Source of the DNA: an uncultured Candidatus Saccharibacteria bacterium
GTDB taxonomy: Bacteria > Patescibacteriota > Minisyncoccia > Phycocordibacterales > UBA1006
Direction of reading: 5' to 3'
Length of the DNA: 48,869 bases
NCBI GenBank assembly: GCA_964507625.1
Contig: CAZDPR010000005.1
Location: 1-48,869 of the forward strand
In this document: positions 47,598 through 48,869 of the stretch, piece by piece
How the letters are laid out: each line of letters begins with the position of its first letter
Numbering within the stretch: position 1 is the stretch's first letter
Position numbers and translations under genes: made by a program
Notes under the pieces: generated by a model
What the model saw: the letters and a program-made list of their open reading frames with translations, nothing else
Database searches by the model: none
Told to the model about the DNA's origin: nothing

Positions 47598-47831
47598 TTA
47601 CGACATGAGAATACCGATAACCGCAGAGGCAACAAAAAGAATCGCAATAATAATACTTGCGAAAAAAAGAAACTGTTCACTCCCACGACGAGTAAAACGA
47701 GTCATTTCAGTTGCAGTTCCCCCTAAAGCACCTTCAATCCCAGCGCCTGAGCGTTGAAAAATAATAGTGATAATTAAGAGAACAGAGAGGATGATTTGTG
47801 CTATAGGAAGTAATTGAGCTATCGTATTCAT
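47598..47831 (-). CDS. secG: Preprotein translocase subunit SecG
   Basis: MNTIAQLLPIAQIILSVLLIITIIFQRSGAGIEGALGG is the typical SecG TM1 plus Gly-rich loop. TGcTACTAT ends 7 nt before the ATG. Confidence 0.85.
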   Translation of the reverse strand: MNTIAQLLPIAQIILSVLLIITIIFQRSGAGIEGALGGTATEMTRFTRRGSEQFLFFASIIIAILFVASAVIGILMS

Positions 47832-47935
47832 ACTTGATATAGTAGCATAAAAATTATCTGACCGCAAGAGTTACCCACAGGTTTTCCTTGATGGTATTGC
47901 GTTATCAGTAAACCCTGCGATATACTATGACATAT

Positions 47936-48505
47936 ATGACAAATATTAAATTTTATTTAGTGACAGGATTATTTATTATTGGTGCAGGAATTTTAGGGTA
48001 TGCTGCAATTAATTCATTGCGAGATCCCGTTTATTATGCAAATAATCAAGAAGTTATTACTGCTCAATTAGGGGATGAAACCATCGGAGAGCTTACTTCT
48101 GCTTCACAAAATAATCTCACAGAAACAGGGGGGCAATTAACTGCATCAACAAGTGGAACGAAACCTACTTCAGGAACAGTTGCAACTTCTTCAGTAGACA
48201 GTACTACGTCAAGCACTCAAAGTACAACAACTGCAAGTCGTAATACTGACTTGATTGCTCGTTTGAAAAAAATTCCTTCAGGAACTGTACTAAAAACGGG
48301 TTCAAGTGGTGATTCCGTAAAAGCAATACAAGAAGCGCTTAACATTGTTGCAAAAGCAGGGCTTCCTACTACAGGGACTGGGGTAGGGAACTTTGGACCA
48401 GCAACAGAAACTGCAGTAAAAAACTTTCAAAAAGCTAATAGTATCCCACAAACAGGGCAAGTAGCATCACAGACACTTGCAAAACTTATTGAAAAACTCC
48501 AGTAG
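47936..48505 (+). CDS. Membrane-anchored protein with a C-terminal peptidoglycan-binding (PG_binding_1) domain
   Basis: TM helix, a Ser/Thr-rich linker, then GSSGDSVKAIQEALN...FGPATETAVKNFQKANSIPQTGQV. The ATG at 47936 lies 9 nt after the -10 TATACT; ATG 47927 directly abuts the -10. Confidence 0.75.
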   Translation: MTNIKFYLVTGLFIIGAGILGYAAINSLRDPVYYANNQEVITAQLGDETIGELTSASQNNLTETGGQLTASTSGTKPTSGTVATSSVDSTTSSTQSTTTASRNTDLIARLKKIPSGTVLKTGSSGDSVKAIQEALNIVAKAGLPTTGTGVGNFGPATETAVKNFQKANSIPQTGQVASQTLAKLIEKLQ

Positions 48506-48538
48506 TTTTTCCTTAAAAATCTTTATTTTTCAAGACAT

Positions 48539-48565
48539 AATCCGCCGTATTGGCGGGTTGTTTTG
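48539..48565 (+). terminator. Rho-independent terminator
   Basis: aatccgcc-gtatt-ggcgggtt followed by gttttg. Confidence 0.65.
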
Positions 48566-48603
48566 TATATAATATCTTCCCTGAAAGTTTTCGAGAAAAT
48601 TAC

Positions 48604-48631
48604 TTGCATTATTTTTTTATTTGTGTATACT
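48604..48631 (+). promoter_or_regulatory. Candidate rRNA operon promoter (TTGCAT-N16-TATACT)
   Basis: The only good -35/-10 pair in the 300-nt AT-rich region upstream of the 16S gene. Confidence 0.4.
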
Positions 48632-48808
48632 ACATTTTTGTTACTGGTTGAGAAATCAGATAACGAAATTCTGTTATTTGTAAATTAAATAACCAAAACA
48701 TCATTATTGTTTATTTTTGAGTCTTCACAAAATTAAAACAAAAAATTCTTTGATTCTTTTGTTTCGTTTTTTGTGAATTGATAGTTTTCGAGATTTTTTC
48801 TCGTTAAT

Positions 48809-48869
48809 TTCTTAGTAGAGTTTGATCCTAGCTCAGGATGAACGCTGGCGGCGTGGATAAGGCATGCAA
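48809..48869 (+). rRNA. rrs: 16S rRNA, 5' end (continues beyond the window)
   Basis: AGAGTTTGATCCTAGCTCAGGATGAACGCTGGCGGCGTGGATAAGGCATGCAA is the universal 16S 5' region. The mature 5' end is only approximate. Confidence 0.92.

Noticed and set aside
48586-48793. 11-nt direct repeat agttttcgaga flanking the rRNA promoter and leader, considered as a boxA-like antitermination element
   Set aside because: It has no resemblance to the boxA consensus, and a short AT-rich repeat could arise by chance. It is mentioned only within the rRNA leader finding.
1-48869. Alternative genetic code (UGA reassigned, as in some CPR lineages)
   Set aside because: TGA terminates well-delimited genes (GNAT at 4672-4674 and yafQ at 29311-29313). 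Long conserved genes contain no in-frame TGA, so the standard bacterial code fits.

Overview
The window is an AT-rich, tightly packed chromosomal segment with mostly housekeeping content. The gene repertoire, small proteins, absence of Shine-Dalgarno motifs and a 16S 5' end with a 27F-site mismatch suggest a streamlined, CPR/Patescibacteria-like bacterium; that assignment is inference. The standard code applies: TGA is used as a stop at 4672-4674 and 29311-29313.

Gene order:
- secA 3' end, ssrA (tmRNA), smpB, ftsH, an orphan CDS, rnpB (RNase P RNA)
- an AT-rich islet (GNAT plus two orphans), then trmD, rpoB, rpoC, dnaG, rpoD
- a GT2 synthase, a thioredoxin-like membrane protein, a secreted orphan, tRNA-Thr(UGU)
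- tsf, rpsB, proS, mreB, mreC, a GerMN-like protein
- an MmeI-family Type IIL restriction-modification enzyme, a DUF3892-like gene, dinJ-yafQ
- tgt, glmS, a LOG-family protein, a YtxH/DUF948-like pair, typA
- orphans, a membrane metallophosphoesterase, an FMN reductase, a DevBCA-like exporter
- an MFS transporter, RNase J, an orphan family-5 SBP, secG, a PG-binding protein, and the 16S rRNA 5' end

No CRISPR array, transposase, integrase or reverse transcriptase is visible.

The best accessory candidate is the small defence islet at about 25.55-29.3 kb: a single-chain RM enzyme, a DUF3892-like gene and a DinJ/YafQ pair. The RM gene sits behind a duplicated terminator-promoter cassette. All its components belong to known families, so I cannot claim a truly new system there.

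Other points worth a second look:
- the orphan islet next to rnpB
- a perfect 99-bp tandem duplication inside rpoD
- pervasive leaderless or SD-less gene starts
- a multi-hairpin rpsB leader
- a possible small RNA between two tandem terminators

All homology calls come from reading motifs by eye. No searches or computations were run.
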